Made by a program: the position numbers and the translations under genes
Shown here: positions 63,942-64,000 of the stretch, piece after piece
Numbering within the stretch: the first letter of the stretch is position 1
How the letters are laid out: every line of letters begins with the position of its first letter
The notes under the pieces: model-generated
The model's database searches: none
Told to the model about the DNA's origin: nothing
Seen by the model: the letters and a program-made list of their open reading frames with translations, nothing else
NCBI RefSeq assembly: GCF_001194135.2
Contig: NC_068991.1
Location: 13,145,893 to 13,209,892, forward strand
From: Octopus bimaculoides
Taxonomy: Eukaryota
Length of the DNA: 64,000 nucleotides
Direction: 5' to 3'

Positions 63942-64000
<59 letters not shown>

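Overview
Repeat-dense, AT-rich eukaryotic DNA from a fragmented draft assembly: 24 N-gaps totalling roughly 11.6 kb, many bordered by microsatellites. The repeat landscape looks like a coleoid cephalopod (Octopus-like) genome, which is an inference from pattern recognition rather than a database hit. I found no intact, recognisable host protein-coding gene, and almost all long ORFs in the track are microsatellite or N-gap artefacts. The window does contain: (i) many copies of four tRNA-derived SINE families (labelled A-D here); (ii) several non-autonomous DNA transposons with readable TIRs/TSDs (hAT, Tc1/mariner, pogo, piggyBac types); (iii) a broken mariner transposase; (iv) two decayed restriction-like-endonuclease (R4/Dong/NeSL-type) retrotransposon fragments; (v) a probable solo LTR; and (vi) a few short candidate exons. 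The most interesting signals are RNA-structural: at least five unrelated hammerhead-ribozyme-like motifs of the Penelope/retrozyme type (two with intact catalytic cores), a 510-bp near-perfect palindrome built from two head-to-head SINE halves, an 80-bp-arm foldback and a closely spaced inverted SINE pair. Hammerheads in Penelope-like elements are a known phenomenon, so I cannot claim a new system, only candidates worth testing. Identities and mismatch counts are manual.
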